DNA of 36,197 nt from assembly GCA_020536535.1 (NCBI GenBank), contig JAHLWZ010000211.1, positions 1 through 36,197 on the forward strand, written 5' to 3'. Of the stretch, positions 23,498 through 33,710 are shown piece after piece; the first letter of the stretch is position 1, and every line of letters starts with the position of its first letter. Source of the DNA: Pelomyxa schiedti. Taxonomy: Eukaryota; Protista; Evosea. Made by a program: the position numbers and the translations under genes. The notes beneath the pieces are model-generated. The model saw only the letters and a program-made list of their open reading frames with translations. It was not told the origin of the DNA and ran no database searches.

Positions 23498-23676
23498 CTC
23501 CTATTTATCTAATCGTTACCGAAATTCGTTCTTCCACCAGGACAAACCCAGATTCCAATCATGATCTACTGCACCTGGCAGGGATGGAACTTCTTGCCAG
23601 TTGTTCGTGTTGAATGATGATGGTTCGCGGCGAACCAACTATTGATCGTCATTCATTCAATTTCTGAGTCATCGTG

Positions 23677-25041
23677 ATGGATGTAACTTCAGTGTTTGTG
23701 GGGCACGTAGACCGTATCACGCGTGCCAACGCTGCTACGGCGGGTCCCCCCGGTGTTCCCATAATGCCTGCGTCCACGGGCGGCGTGGCATCGGCTCTTT
23801 GGCGCAGGGCATTGGCGGTTGTTGCACCGACGGATGCAAAAGGGGCAGGGGGAGCTCTCGGTAGCAGTACAACCAAGAGCGTTGGTGCGGGCGAAACGGA
23901 TTATGGGGGGTACAAGCAGCCCCGACGATGCGCTCCGTTTCTAAACTCATGCTCCATTGTGGTATGATTTTTTTTTTGCTTATGGGACAGCCACGGGGTA
24001 ATGTTGCGAGTATCCCTTCTAATTTGATGTTCTATTATGAGCCTTTTTTCTTTTATAACAAAAAAACAACATACACCAAATCAAAGATGAATGAAATTGA
24101 GGAACTGAGGCGATTTATTACGAAGCACAACGGGGAACTTTTAAACACAGTATTTCACACAAACAGCTTGACGGAGGAAGAGAAGGCCAATTTGGAAGAG
24201 CAGATCAACGTAATGCTTCAACAATGCTGTTGCCATGTTGACTCACTCAAAGCTCTGCTTGGTATGATTCCCCTTTGTGATGATGCAAGCTTTTCACCAA
24301 CAACACCCACAAAAAAGGTGACCCATCTGATGTGAAGGATGAAGACGCTTCGGTGTACGCCCACATGCACGGAATCGTTTCTTACCTTTATACACGTCTA
24401 CAATCCGTGACAGACCTTTTCACCAAGGTGAAGGCTCTCCGGCTTGAGTCGTCCAAACACCAGCGGTGGTACGAATTCCATCTTCGAAACTCCTCTTCTC
24501 CTGTTAGTTTGGAGCCTACAGTACGGCCACCAAAGTCGGTTGCTCCGCAATCACAAACGCAACCCCACACATCAATACAAAAGCCGCCGCCTCTGCAACC
24601 GGTACAAACACAACAAGAACAACCGCCGCTTCAACTCGAAGCTGAAAGAAAGGCAATGGAAGCGGCGGAAGCGGAAGAGCTAGAACAAGAAAACGAACTC
24701 CTTTACCGGAAACTTGACAGCTCCCTGGAGCAAATCAAGTATAAAACCCTGAAAGTAAATAACCGCACTCTCACCACCACGAATCCAGAGATGTTGAGAC
24801 CCAGATTCTTGAGATATCCCGAATGCACCAAATTCTGGAAACAAAAGCCGTCGAACAAGCGGCCGATATTGACACCTTGTTTGAACATGTCACCCAAGCA
24901 ACTGCCAATGTAAAGAAAGGAAATGAAGAAGTCCGCAAAGCCACCGAAACCCGCAGTTGCCTTGATCTACAGTCAATGACAACCGGACTAGTCATAATAC
25001 TAGCTCTACTCCTCCTTATGTTGCACTACATCACTCCTTAA
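23677..25041 (+). CDS. STX18: Syntaxin-18/SYP81/Ufe1-like ER Qa-SNARE, multi-exon
   Basis: N-peptide MDVTSVF; helical region IEELRRFI...LTEEEKANLE...VDSLK and AHMHGIVSYLYTRLQSV; ELEQENELL; SNARE motif VETQILEISRMHQILETKAVEQAADIDTL...NVKKGNEEVRKA; C-terminal TM GLVIILALLLLMLHY. Confidence 0.85.
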
Positions 25042-25190
25042 CACCACAAAAGCATGAAGGAATGAATGTAAGATAGGAAATTATCAAAAAGAGTTTTCTT
25101 ATTGAGTTCACACTGTTTCGCCATCGCAACCAATACTATGGAAATGGTTTCCGCATGGTTTTCAAATGTGAGTATAGAATGGCATGGTGA

Positions 25191-25724
25191 TCAGAGGTCT
25201 TCTCTTTGCCTGATTGGAGTGCGGTCAAGGGGGCACACTTTTACTTTAGAAGCACAATCCTTGCAGCAGCAGGCGTGCATGCACGGCTTGAATGTAACTT
25301 CCACTTTGGGCTCGAGGCAGATGCAACACTCATCGTGAACATACACCTTGACATCCCGCTGATTCCACGCCTTCACAATCCCACCAACAAGCAACAGTAT
25401 CACAATGAGGTCATCCAGATACCTTTTGCAAACGTGAGATTCGTTTTGTTGTTGGAAAAAAAAGGTAAGTAAACAGCCAACAACAAAAACTGGAAAAAGC
25501 ACCAAGGCAGACCCGATAATAGGGATGGCATCAGGGATGAAATCGATTGGGAAAACTAGGTAGGCGAAGGAGACTATCAGCAGAATCCTGTTGAGCCACC
25601 CGATGGGCTCGCTGGCTCGCATTCCCTTACCCATCACTACGGCCCTGTACATTCTAAGGAGTGCACCTATCATGTGCCCCCATGGGAGCCTCAGTGCCGC
25701 TGTTATTATGTATCCCCACACCAT
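25191..25724 (-). CDS. Small membrane protein with DUF1232/YkvA motif followed by a C-terminal RING finger (putative E3 ligase); join(25513..25724,25191..25422)
   Basis: LLIVSFAYLVFPIDFIPDAIPIIG|YLDDLIVILLL is the DUF1232 signature once a 90-nt GT-AG intron (25423-25512) is removed. RING: CCICLEPKVEVTFKPCMHACCCKDCASKVKVCPLDR. Confidence 0.8.
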   Translation of the reverse strand: MVWGYIITAALRLPWGHMIGALLRMYRAVVMGKGMRASEPIGWLNRILLIVSFAYLVFPIDFIPDAIPIIGSALVLFPVFVVGCLLTFFFQQQNESHVCKRYLDDLIVILLLVGGIVKAWNQRDVKVYVHDECCICLEPKVEVTFKPCMHACCCKDCASKVKVCPLDRTPIRQREDL

Positions 25725-25832
25725 CACACTTTTTTTTGATCATCTTTGTCACACATTCTAAGGAGTGCACCTATCATGTGCCCCCATGGAGCCTCAGTGC
25801 CGCTGTTACTATGTTATGTTATTATGTATCCC
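25650..25832. repeat. Imperfect ~65-80 nt direct duplication at the 5' end of the DUF1232-RING gene
   Basis: cattctaaggagtgcacctatcatgtgcccc...gagcctcagtgccgctgtta...tatgtatccc occurs at ~25650-25716 and again at ~25754-25832. Confidence 0.85.
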
Positions 25833-25898
25833 GGTGTGGTGGATGTGAGGAAGACTGGTATCTAACAGTCAAAAAAACAAGAAAAAAAACAACGGGTG

Positions 25899-27499
25899 AT
25901 GGGGAATGGAGGTAGCAGCAACAGCACAACTATAGTGGGAGCAGGAGGAGGAGATACACACCTTGTCGTGGGGGAAGGTGTCACCCCGTGCCGTGCGACC
26001 AAAATGAACCTGGCCCGTGACCAGCTCCTCGCCCTCCTCGCCCTCGCCTGCTGCTGCTCCTCCTCCTCCTCCTCGCGAGGGGGAGCCCCCCGTCGCGGCT
26101 CTTCCTCCTCCTCCGCCACCAGCACCACCACGTCCTCCTCGTCGTCGAGCGGCCTCTGCGTGCTCCCCGTGGCTGTGCTGCGCCACATCGGCGCCACGTG
26201 GGTGCTGCCCACCCGCCGCGTCGTCGCCGTCGCGCGCGGCGCCCCTGCGCCCTTCAGCAGCAGCAGCCGCCGTCGTAAGCCGCGCGCGGCCCTGCCTTTC
26301 GGGGAATGCGACTGGGCGGCGATCACGTTCGGGGNNNNNNNNNNNNNNNNNNNNNNNNNNNNNNNNNNNNNNNNNNNNNNNNNNNNNNNNNNNNNNNNNN
26401 NNNNNNNNNNNNNNNNNNNNNNNNNNNNNNNNNNCGCCGCGTCGTCGCCGTCGCGCGCGGCGCCCCTGCGCCCTTCAGCAGCAGCAGCCGCCGTCGTAAG
26501 CCGCGCGCGGCCCTGCCTTTCGGGGAATGCGACTGGGCGGCGATCACGTTCGGGGTCTCTGCGACCCTCGGGATCACGTCGTCGGCTCTGCCTGTCCAGA
26601 TCCCGGCGACGCTCCCGATTCGCGGGTGGATCGACGACTCGACCCTGGTGGAGATGATACACATCGGAAGGGGTGTATTCACGTGCGACAGGCTCAACTC
26701 CATTGGAACGAGGAAGGAGCACCTGCCTGTTGGGCTCGCTGACGACCCTGACACTACCCCGGTGTCCCACTGTGCAGTCTCTGGCAAGTGGGTGTGTGTG
26801 ACCCACTTCCACTGCTGGGCCATGAGCGTGTGGAAGGTGGCTGGGGGAAGGCCGGCTTCTCTTGGTGAGTGCAGGACCTTCAGGTTCCCTGGGGACTTGA
26901 TGGAGGTGACTGCGCCACAGGTGGTTATGTTCACACACTGTCTCCCGCCCAGTGCTTCTGTTGGTTATGGTGACGAGCTGTCGGTCCTGCTTGCTGATTA
27001 TGTGAGTTATCACGTCATGCAGATCGATGTGAAAGAGAGCTTCATGACTGGCGAAATGAAGATCGCCTCCAGAATGTCTGTTCCACTTCCCCATCAAATA
27101 GCCTCTTTCGAGCCAACAGGAATCATGTGCGATCATCACAACCAGATTCAGTTCATTGTTGCAGAGGACGGTTTGATCAACCTCACAACTGGAAAATGCA
27201 TTGTGATCCCGGGTGCCATCAACACGTGTATTGTTGACGACCACCACGTGGCTGCTGAGACCTGGGATGGAGCCTGGAAGAGGCTCACTGTGTACGACGT
27301 AAGAATGCTCAACAACGCAACAGAGCTGAGTTCTGATGGTGTTGTAATGTCTCACACCAAAGTGGGTTGTGGAGCACATGGAGGGTTCCACATTGTCAAG
27401 GACAGTACCATTGTTGACACACTCACAGGGTGTGTTGTCATGAAAATGAGTGGGGGTGCATTCAAACAAGGCTGCTCTCTCAATGTTTACAATCTTTAG
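25899..27499 (+). CDS. Orphan 'ARxQ' family protein, copy 4 (~459 aa after collapsing the gap duplication)
   Basis: MGNGG...MNLARDQLLALLALACC...VLPVAVLRHIGATWVL...FGVSATLGIT...VSGKWVC...SVWKV...IDVKESF...IVDTLTGCVV. Removing the gap plus duplicated flank (221 nt) gives one intact 1380-nt ORF. Confidence 0.8.
26214..26555. other. 100-N scaffold gap (26335-26434) with identical 121-nt duplicated flanks
   Basis: 26214-26334 is identical to 26435-26555. Confidence 0.9.
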
Positions 27500-27867
27500 A
27501 AAGAGACATTTGTTAGCTTCTGTGGGCTCGAGAAGAAGTCCCACAGAGGAAGAAAACGAGTGAGAGTGAAGAGAATAAATCGGGTTCTCTTGTTTGTTCT
27601 TAAAGGGTGTGTAAAATCTCGCAGAGCGGTTGTGCGATTAGACTTTCCCTAATTTATAATTAATCAGTTTCGCAGCACTTGTTGGCGATTTTTTGGTACA
27701 ACTTGTGGCGAGGTGGATGGATTTCTTCTAATCCTATTCCCTGTTTCCCCTGCGCCACACAACTCGATTTTTGCCACCCACAACTTGGTTTTTTTACAAG
27801 TTGCGCCAACTGACAACTAACTGACAACAACAGACAACAGCACGGCCAATGTCAACGCCAACAGAAC

Positions 27868-27912
27868 AAATAACAACAACAACAACAACAACAAAAACAA
27901 CAACAACAACAG
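27868..27912 (+). repeat. (CAA)n-type microsatellite
   Basis: Run of aac/caa triplets seen directly. Confidence 0.8.
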
Positions 27913-28443
27913 TATGGCAACGGCCAACGGCAACACCAACCAACAACAAGCAACAACCACCGGCTGCCCAACAACGCTGGGGGAAAAAAAAGAGAAAATA
28001 CAAAAAATGGTTTTCTTTTTATTCACAGTGGGTGGGGGAAAACGAGACGAGCGGACGACCGAGCGGAGCAGACGACGGAGCAGACGGTGAATCAAACCAC
28101 GGAGCAGACGATGTGGCCTCGAAAAAACCCTGCACACACACCAACACAACAACCAGAGAGACAAACAAAAAAAAAACCTGGGTTTGCGTACCGACGAGCG
28201 GCTTTGCGGTTTGTTGAGTTTTAATTAAATTAAAAAAAAACTAGAAAAACCTAAGTCCGACGGGACGTGCGGTGCGGCACCTCCGAGCGATTCCTGTGGT
28301 CATCTTCGTTTTTTGCTGTTGTGGTTCTGTGTTTTGTTGCGTTTGGTATCGCTACCATTTTTTTTTTAACCTGTGTCTGCTTCACCAGGGAAGTAGGTGG
28401 TGGGTGATGGAGAGAACGGATCCACCATGAGAATGGGATTGCT

Positions 28444-28511
28444 GGGCGTGGGCGTGGGCGTGGGCGTGGGCGTGGGCGTGGGCGTGGGCCTGGGCGTGGG
28501 CCTGGGCGTGG
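28444..28511 (+). repeat. (GGCGTG)n hexamer repeat, about 11 units
   Basis: Seen directly, with two GGCCTG variants. Confidence 0.9.
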
Positions 28512-29154
28512 TGGTTGTACACAAAAAAAAAATTTCTTTTTTTCATCCACATGTTTGTATTGCTGCCACCCACTTTTATTGCCGGTTGTGGTTTGTTGGG
28601 CGTTGGCTGGTTGTTGCGGGTTCTGCCAGTTGGCAGCCGCCACAGATGAAAAATCGAGTTGTACCAAAAAATCGCCAAAAAGTGCTGGGAACGTGGCAGG
28701 CGGTTTTGATTACATGCACACTTGTCCGAGAATCCATTTGAACATCGCGGCCTTTTAACCCGATAGACTTTCCCGAATTTATAATTAATCAAGTGTGCAT
28801 GTAATCAAAACCGCCTGCCACGTTGTTGTTGCTGTATTTGTGCACCCAGCTGTGCTGATCATTACCTTCGCTGTCTCATTCTGGTAATAGTCCAGATTCG
28901 GCTCAGTCCTCAGTCTCTCCAATCCCACTCAAGTGCGCCAGACTTCAGAGCCTCGCGAGCAAGGCCGAGTTCGTGTACTTTGTGGAACACACAGTTGTTT
29001 TCGAAAAAGAAAAGAGAATGTGAGACCTGAGGCCGAGAGTGAGGATTAGTGCATAAGGACATTAGTGGGTCCCAGCAGTTCACACGGAGACGATGGGGAT
29101 GTTTTCCACTTCCCAGAACAGCTTTTTATCCCCGATACGGCGGATTGAAGAGCG

Positions 29155-30597
29155 ATGCAACAACAGATCCACGGACACGGACACCCGTCAGCAATTGTGT
29201 CGCTGAAGGCACGTGACCAATTCGCATCGTTGTTGATGCTGACACACCCTCGCTGTGGCCTTGGCGGTTGTGGTCGACAACAACAACAACAGCAACAGCA
29301 GCAGGTTGGGGTGGCCATCAGGGTCGTGTGGGAGTACTGCATCGAAGTAACCAGGGTGTTCTGTGTGCCTGTCGAGTGCGTGGCTCAGTTCAGGGTGTCT
29401 GATGCTTTGGGTTCTGTCGTTGGTGTTGGTGTTGGTGGTGCTGGTGGCCGTGGTGACGACGAAGTGTTGTTGCACTGGGTGTGCGGGCCTCGTTCTGTCT
29501 TCAAAAAGGTTCTCAATGCAAACCACTGCAACGTCGTTGAGACTACATTCTATGAGGATGACTTCACGGCATCGTTTTACCTCAGGAACATCTTAGTTGA
29601 TTGTGAGGTGGGCAATGAGAGATGCTGTCTGGCGAGGGACGTTGTGATGTCGAGTAGAACCTCACTGAACCCAAAGTGGTTTGTTCTCCTGGTAGATAGA
29701 AGCAGGAATCTACTGATTGCTCCAACAACAACAACCTCGTTGATGGAACGAAATTCACCAGAGAGCTTCCGATGTGTTGTTGCAGTGCCAATAGTCACCA
29801 ACAATGGCTCTGACATGAACTTCTTTCTCAACCACACACGCCATGACGAGGGTGTCTTACTGTCTGTCAAGAAAACTCGTGGTGCTGGTGCTGTTGGTGG
29901 CGGAGGAGGTGAACAAGTGTCCACTGTGGCGCTGACAAGGGTTGACATCCAGCAAACGTGGTCATCGAAAGCGTTGACAGTGCTCAGTTGCACAAGGTTC
30001 CAGCTGGCCAATGATGTCCACTGCATAGGCGACGCGTTGGTGATGCAGAAAAGAAATGGGTCTCGTGCTTTCATCCTCACTGTAGGTTACGAGGAGATGT
30101 GGAGGCAGCGACATGTCATCCATGTTGGTGAGGAGGATGGAGGAGGCACATCAACAATGATTGTGGGCACAGGTGGTGCTTCTGCCGTGTTTGTTTTGCC
30201 TCATCGTCACAGAAGTGATGATTGGGTAGTTTCCCTCTCACAACTGAGTGCTTCCCTATTCTGCGTTGGCATTCTTTCACTTGGAACCACTTGGAACTCA
30301 GGATACCATTATTGTCCACAATCATTGGAAATCTGGGACATCAACCAGACTGTGGCCACTCCAACAGGAGGAGGAAGCATAAGCAAGCCACTGAGGGAGA
30401 TTGAGCTGAGCAACTCAGTTCGTGGCATTTTTGCAGAGGGAGGCCTGCTTCTCACCTGCAGTTGTGACTGTGGACACAGTGATATTTCAGTGACTGACTC
30501 TTCAACAGGGGCACTCATCCTCACTCTCTCTGGTGAAGCTGCGCAGCCACTCACCGATTTTACTCACACCTTCTCCTTCCTGAATTACCATTTCTGA
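29155..30597 (+). CDS. Orphan 'ARxQ' family protein, copy 5 (480 aa, intronless, divergent subtype)
   Basis: LKARDQFASLLMLTHPRCG...IRVVWEYCI...FRVSDALGSV...LNPKWFV...VDIQQTW...LEIWDIN...IFAEGGLL...VTDSSTGALILTL. Single long ORF. Confidence 0.8.
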   Translation: MQQQIHGHGHPSAIVSLKARDQFASLLMLTHPRCGLGGCGRQQQQQQQQQVGVAIRVVWEYCIEVTRVFCVPVECVAQFRVSDALGSVVGVGVGGAGGRGDDEVLLHWVCGPRSVFKKVLNANHCNVVETTFYEDDFTASFYLRNILVDCEVGNERCCLARDVVMSSRTSLNPKWFVLLVDRSRNLLIAPTTTTSLMERNSPESFRCVVAVPIVTNNGSDMNFFLNHTRHDEGVLLSVKKTRGAGAVGGGGGEQVSTVALTRVDIQQTWSSKALTVLSCTRFQLANDVHCIGDALVMQKRNGSRAFILTVGYEEMWRQRHVIHVGEEDGGGTSTMIVGTGGASAVFVLPHRHRSDDWVVSLSQLSASLFCVGILSLGTTWNSGYHYCPQSLEIWDINQTVATPTGGGSISKPLREIELSNSVRGIFAEGGLLLTCSCDCGHSDISVTDSSTGALILTLSGEAAQPLTDFTHTFSFLNYHF

Positions 30598-31113
30598 AAT
30601 CTTACAATCCACTCTAGAGGCAAATCAGCCACTTAATCACAGTGTCGCCCTCAGCTGCTCCTACATGAATTCAGTTGAACATCGCAGCCTTTTAAAAGGG
30701 TGTTCAACCCTTTTTATGCCTTGACAACAACGACGAGAACTCTTTATTCTCTCACTCTCATTCCCAATTCCAATGGGAACTTCAGTGAAGCAATTACAGT
30801 AGTGAGTGCATCGACCGAGGGCAGTTCTGAGTAGCAGTACGCTACACGACGCTCGTAATAGCGACTTAGCTTTTCCTTCACAAGATCCAAATAACTCAAA
30901 CGAGTTGAGTAGTTTATTTAAAACTCAATTACTCAACCAATTTAACGACCATTGTGATCTCGTTGAAACGGAGATCTTATAAATGCTACGCAGGGGAATG
31001 GTGCCAAAGGTGTCAAGCTTGGCTGTGGTGAATCTCTTGCCATTCTAATCCCGCGATCTAAAGTCCCTTGAGATACCGAGAACAGCAGTTACACCAACAA
31101 ACGAAAACTGGTG

Positions 31114-32462
31114 ATGGGGAATGGCGGTAGCAGCGAGACCGCAATGATGGGAGGAGGAGATACACACCTTGTGGGGGAAGGCGTCACCTTGTGCCGTGTG
31201 TCCAAAATGAACCTGGCCCGTGACCAGCTCCTCGCCCTCGCCCTCGCCTGCTGCTCCTCCTCCTCCTCCTCGCGAGGGGGAGCCTTCCGCGGCTCTTCCT
31301 CCTCCTCCTCCTCCTCCTCCGCCACCACGTCCTCCCGTCGGCCGTCGGCCTTCTTCCCGTGGCTGTGCTTCGCCACATCGGCACCACGTGGGTGCTGCCC
31401 ACCCGCCGCATCGTCGCCGTCACGCGCGGCGCACCTGCGCCCTTCAGCCGCCGCAGGCCGCCTTTCCGAGAAAGCGACTGGGCGGCGATCACTTTCGGGG
31501 TCTCGGCGACCCTCGGGATCACGTTCGGGGTCTCTGCGACCCTCGGGATCACGGCGCTGCCTGTCCAAATCCCGGCGCCGCTTCCGATTTGTGGGTGGAT
31601 TGACGACTCGACCCTGGTGGAAATGAGACACCTTGGAAGGAGTGTATTCACACGTGACAGGCTCAAATCAATTGGAACGAGGAAGGAGCACCTGCCTGTT
31701 GGTGTAGGTCTTGTTGACGACCCTGACACTCTCCAGTTGTCTAGATGTGGAGTTTCGGGCAAGTGGGTGTGCGTGGCACACTCTTATTGCAGGGCCATGA
31801 GTGTGTGGGGGGTACTTGGAGGAAAGCCGGCTTCGCTTGGTGAGTGCAGGACCTTCAGGTTCCCTGGGGACTTGATGGAGGTGACCGAGCCGCTGGTGGT
31901 GATGTTCACACACTGTCTCCCGCCCAGTGCTTCTGTTGGTTATGGTGACGAGCTGTCGGTCCTGCTTGCTGATTTTGTGAGTTATCACATCATGCAGATC
32001 GATGTGAAGGCGAGCTTCATGACTGGTGAGATGAGGGTTGTCTCCAAAGTGTCTATTCGTAGAGGAGCCTATTTCGAACCAACAGGAATCATGTGTGATC
32101 ATCACAACCACAACCAGTTCATTGTTGTAGAGGACGGGTTGATCAATCTGGCAACTGGAAATCGCATTGTGATTCCAGGTGCCATCAACACCCGGATTGT
32201 TGACGACCACCACGTGGCTGCTGAGACCTGGGATGGAGCTCAGAAGAGCTTCACTGTGTATGACGTAAGCATGCTCAACAACACGACAGAGCTGAGTGCT
32301 GCTGTTGTAATGTCTCACGGAACAGTGGGTCGTAGAGCGCATGGAGGGTTCCACATTGTCAAGGACAGTACCATTGTTGACACACTCACAGGGTGTGTTG
32401 TCCTGAAAATGAGTGGAGGTGCATTCAAACAAGGCTGCTCTCTCAATGTTTACCATCTTTAA
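31114..32462 (+). pseudogene. Orphan 'ARxQ' family copy 6, recent paralog of copy 4 with a frameshift near 31330-31350
   Basis: High nucleotide similarity to 25899-27499 from start to stop. The ARDQLL N-terminus (frame of 31111) and the LPVAVLRHIG body (frame of 31359) are out of frame. It also has a 30-nt tandem duplication (ITFGVSATLG x2). Confidence 0.7.
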
Positions 32463-32579
32463 AGAGAGCGTTTCCCACTACTAATTCAAAACTGCGTAGC
32501 ATACATTCTATTGCCCTTTTTCTCAAACACACCATTTCCAAGCTGAAGGAAGAAAGTGCTGTTGTGTTTCAGCGATTGT

Positions 32580-33690
32580 AGAACGTCACACTCCAGAACA
32601 GTGGTGGAATTGACCCCAAAACAAGGTGTGACAAAAAAGGACGGCGGGTGCGTGTGCTGACACACCAAAAAGTCGAGTGGAGTGTGGGTGCGGGTGGTTC
32701 GCTGGCGGGTAATGGCATGGGTGGGTGTGGTTGGTTGCTGGCGGCAGCTTGAGAATGAAATGCCAGACTGTGGACAAAATAACAGGACGGAAGTGTGGTG
32801 GGCACTGCGACCCACCACTTTCAAACCGTGACTCCCCCACAAAACGGGACTTGGGGTAAAATACCAAAAAGACCAGTTTCCTGAGTGACATCCAGAAACA
32901 CATGTGAACACTGTGTGTTGCCCACACTGTCGTGTTGCATTGATTTTACTCGACGTCACACCCCACCTGTGGTGGACTTGTCCTGACACCCAAACCAGGC
33001 TGTCGCACCACCGTGATCGAGGCCACTCCCTCCCCGTTTTTCTCCCTCCAACACCCAAAGCATGGTCACACGTTCAGAACGAAACCCAGCCGGAAACGAA
33101 GTTTTTTTGATTGTGAAAAAATCGGTGCGTGCCAAAAAAGGACGGGCGGGTGCGCGGGCGCACCAAAAAATCGATTTTGTGCGTCGTTTTTCTCGGCTAC
33201 GGAGCCTCTGTGTGTCCTGGAAACACGCTCCCCGGGCAGCCCCATCGACGGTCTGCCTGGGCTGCGCACTTCCCGCCAACTTGGAGGCCCCAGTGCGGAG
33301 AACCAGGCCCACGCACTTTTCACTTTTGGTGCGTCCACGCACCTGCCAAAAATCTCTGCGCTTTTTCGAACACGCTGGTGTTTTTTTTCACGCACCAGTG
33401 CGTCCCGTTTTCCTCAGAAAATTTTCATCATTTTGTTTTTGCTCAGCCTTGGCGTGCGGGAGCTTGTGGTTCGACGGTTAATGGGTGGGGGTGGTTGGTC
33501 AGTGTTGTAGGCGACAGCTTGAGAAATGCCACTGAACATTGATTGTGGAAAAAATAACAAGGGAAGTGTGGTGGGGCCACACTGCGACTCACCACTTTAA
33601 AACTGTGACGCCCCACACAAAACAGTCGTTTTGGCATTTTACCCCAAGTCCCGGTCGTTTTGGCATTCTACCCCAAGTCCCGGCAAGGCA
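32580..33690. repeat. Two diverged direct copies of a non-coding element (32580-32880 is an internally deleted version of ~32950-33690)
   Basis: Shared blocks in the same order: acgtcacac; aaaaaaggacgg(g)cgggtgcg; atgggtggg.gtggttgg...cagcttgagaa; ggaagtgtggtggg...cactgcgac.caccacttt.aaac.gtgac...acaaaac. Confidence 0.65.
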
Positions 33691-33710
33691 AACACGGGTC
33701 AGTCACTGCA

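Larger units (their letters stand above)
27630..28824. mobile_element. Cluster of related repeat ends in both orientations (possible non-autonomous DNA transposon or foldback remnants)
   Basis: Perfect 35-bp inverted repeat 28690-28724 / 28790-28824. 27636-27665 resembles 28761-28790 (gactttccc.aatttataattaatca). 27668-27704 is the near reverse complement of 28656-28691 (cagcactt.ttggcgattttttggtacaact). No transposase is seen. Confidence 0.45.

Noticed and set aside
20763-23613. Long plus-strand ORFs (e.g. 22242-23354, 21573-22235)
   Set aside because: They are antisense to the low-complexity minus-strand CDS. Stop depletion is expected from its codon composition.
25423-25512. Extra transmembrane segment in the DUF1232-RING ORF
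   Set aside because: It is an in-frame GT-AG intron that interrupts the conserved G-YLDD motif.
25862-27544. 560-aa minus-strand ORF and its counterpart 31668-32456
   Set aside because: They are antisense shadows of family copies 4 and 6. The family motifs are on the plus strand.
27794-28792. Short ORFs with poly-T, PR, HA or GV repeats
   Set aside because: They are products of CAA and GGCGTG simple repeats with no domain evidence.
32486-33660. Overlapping short ORFs or tRNA-like 'ggttcga' at ~33468
   Set aside because: There are no protein motifs and no cloverleaf. The region is better explained as non-coding repeats.
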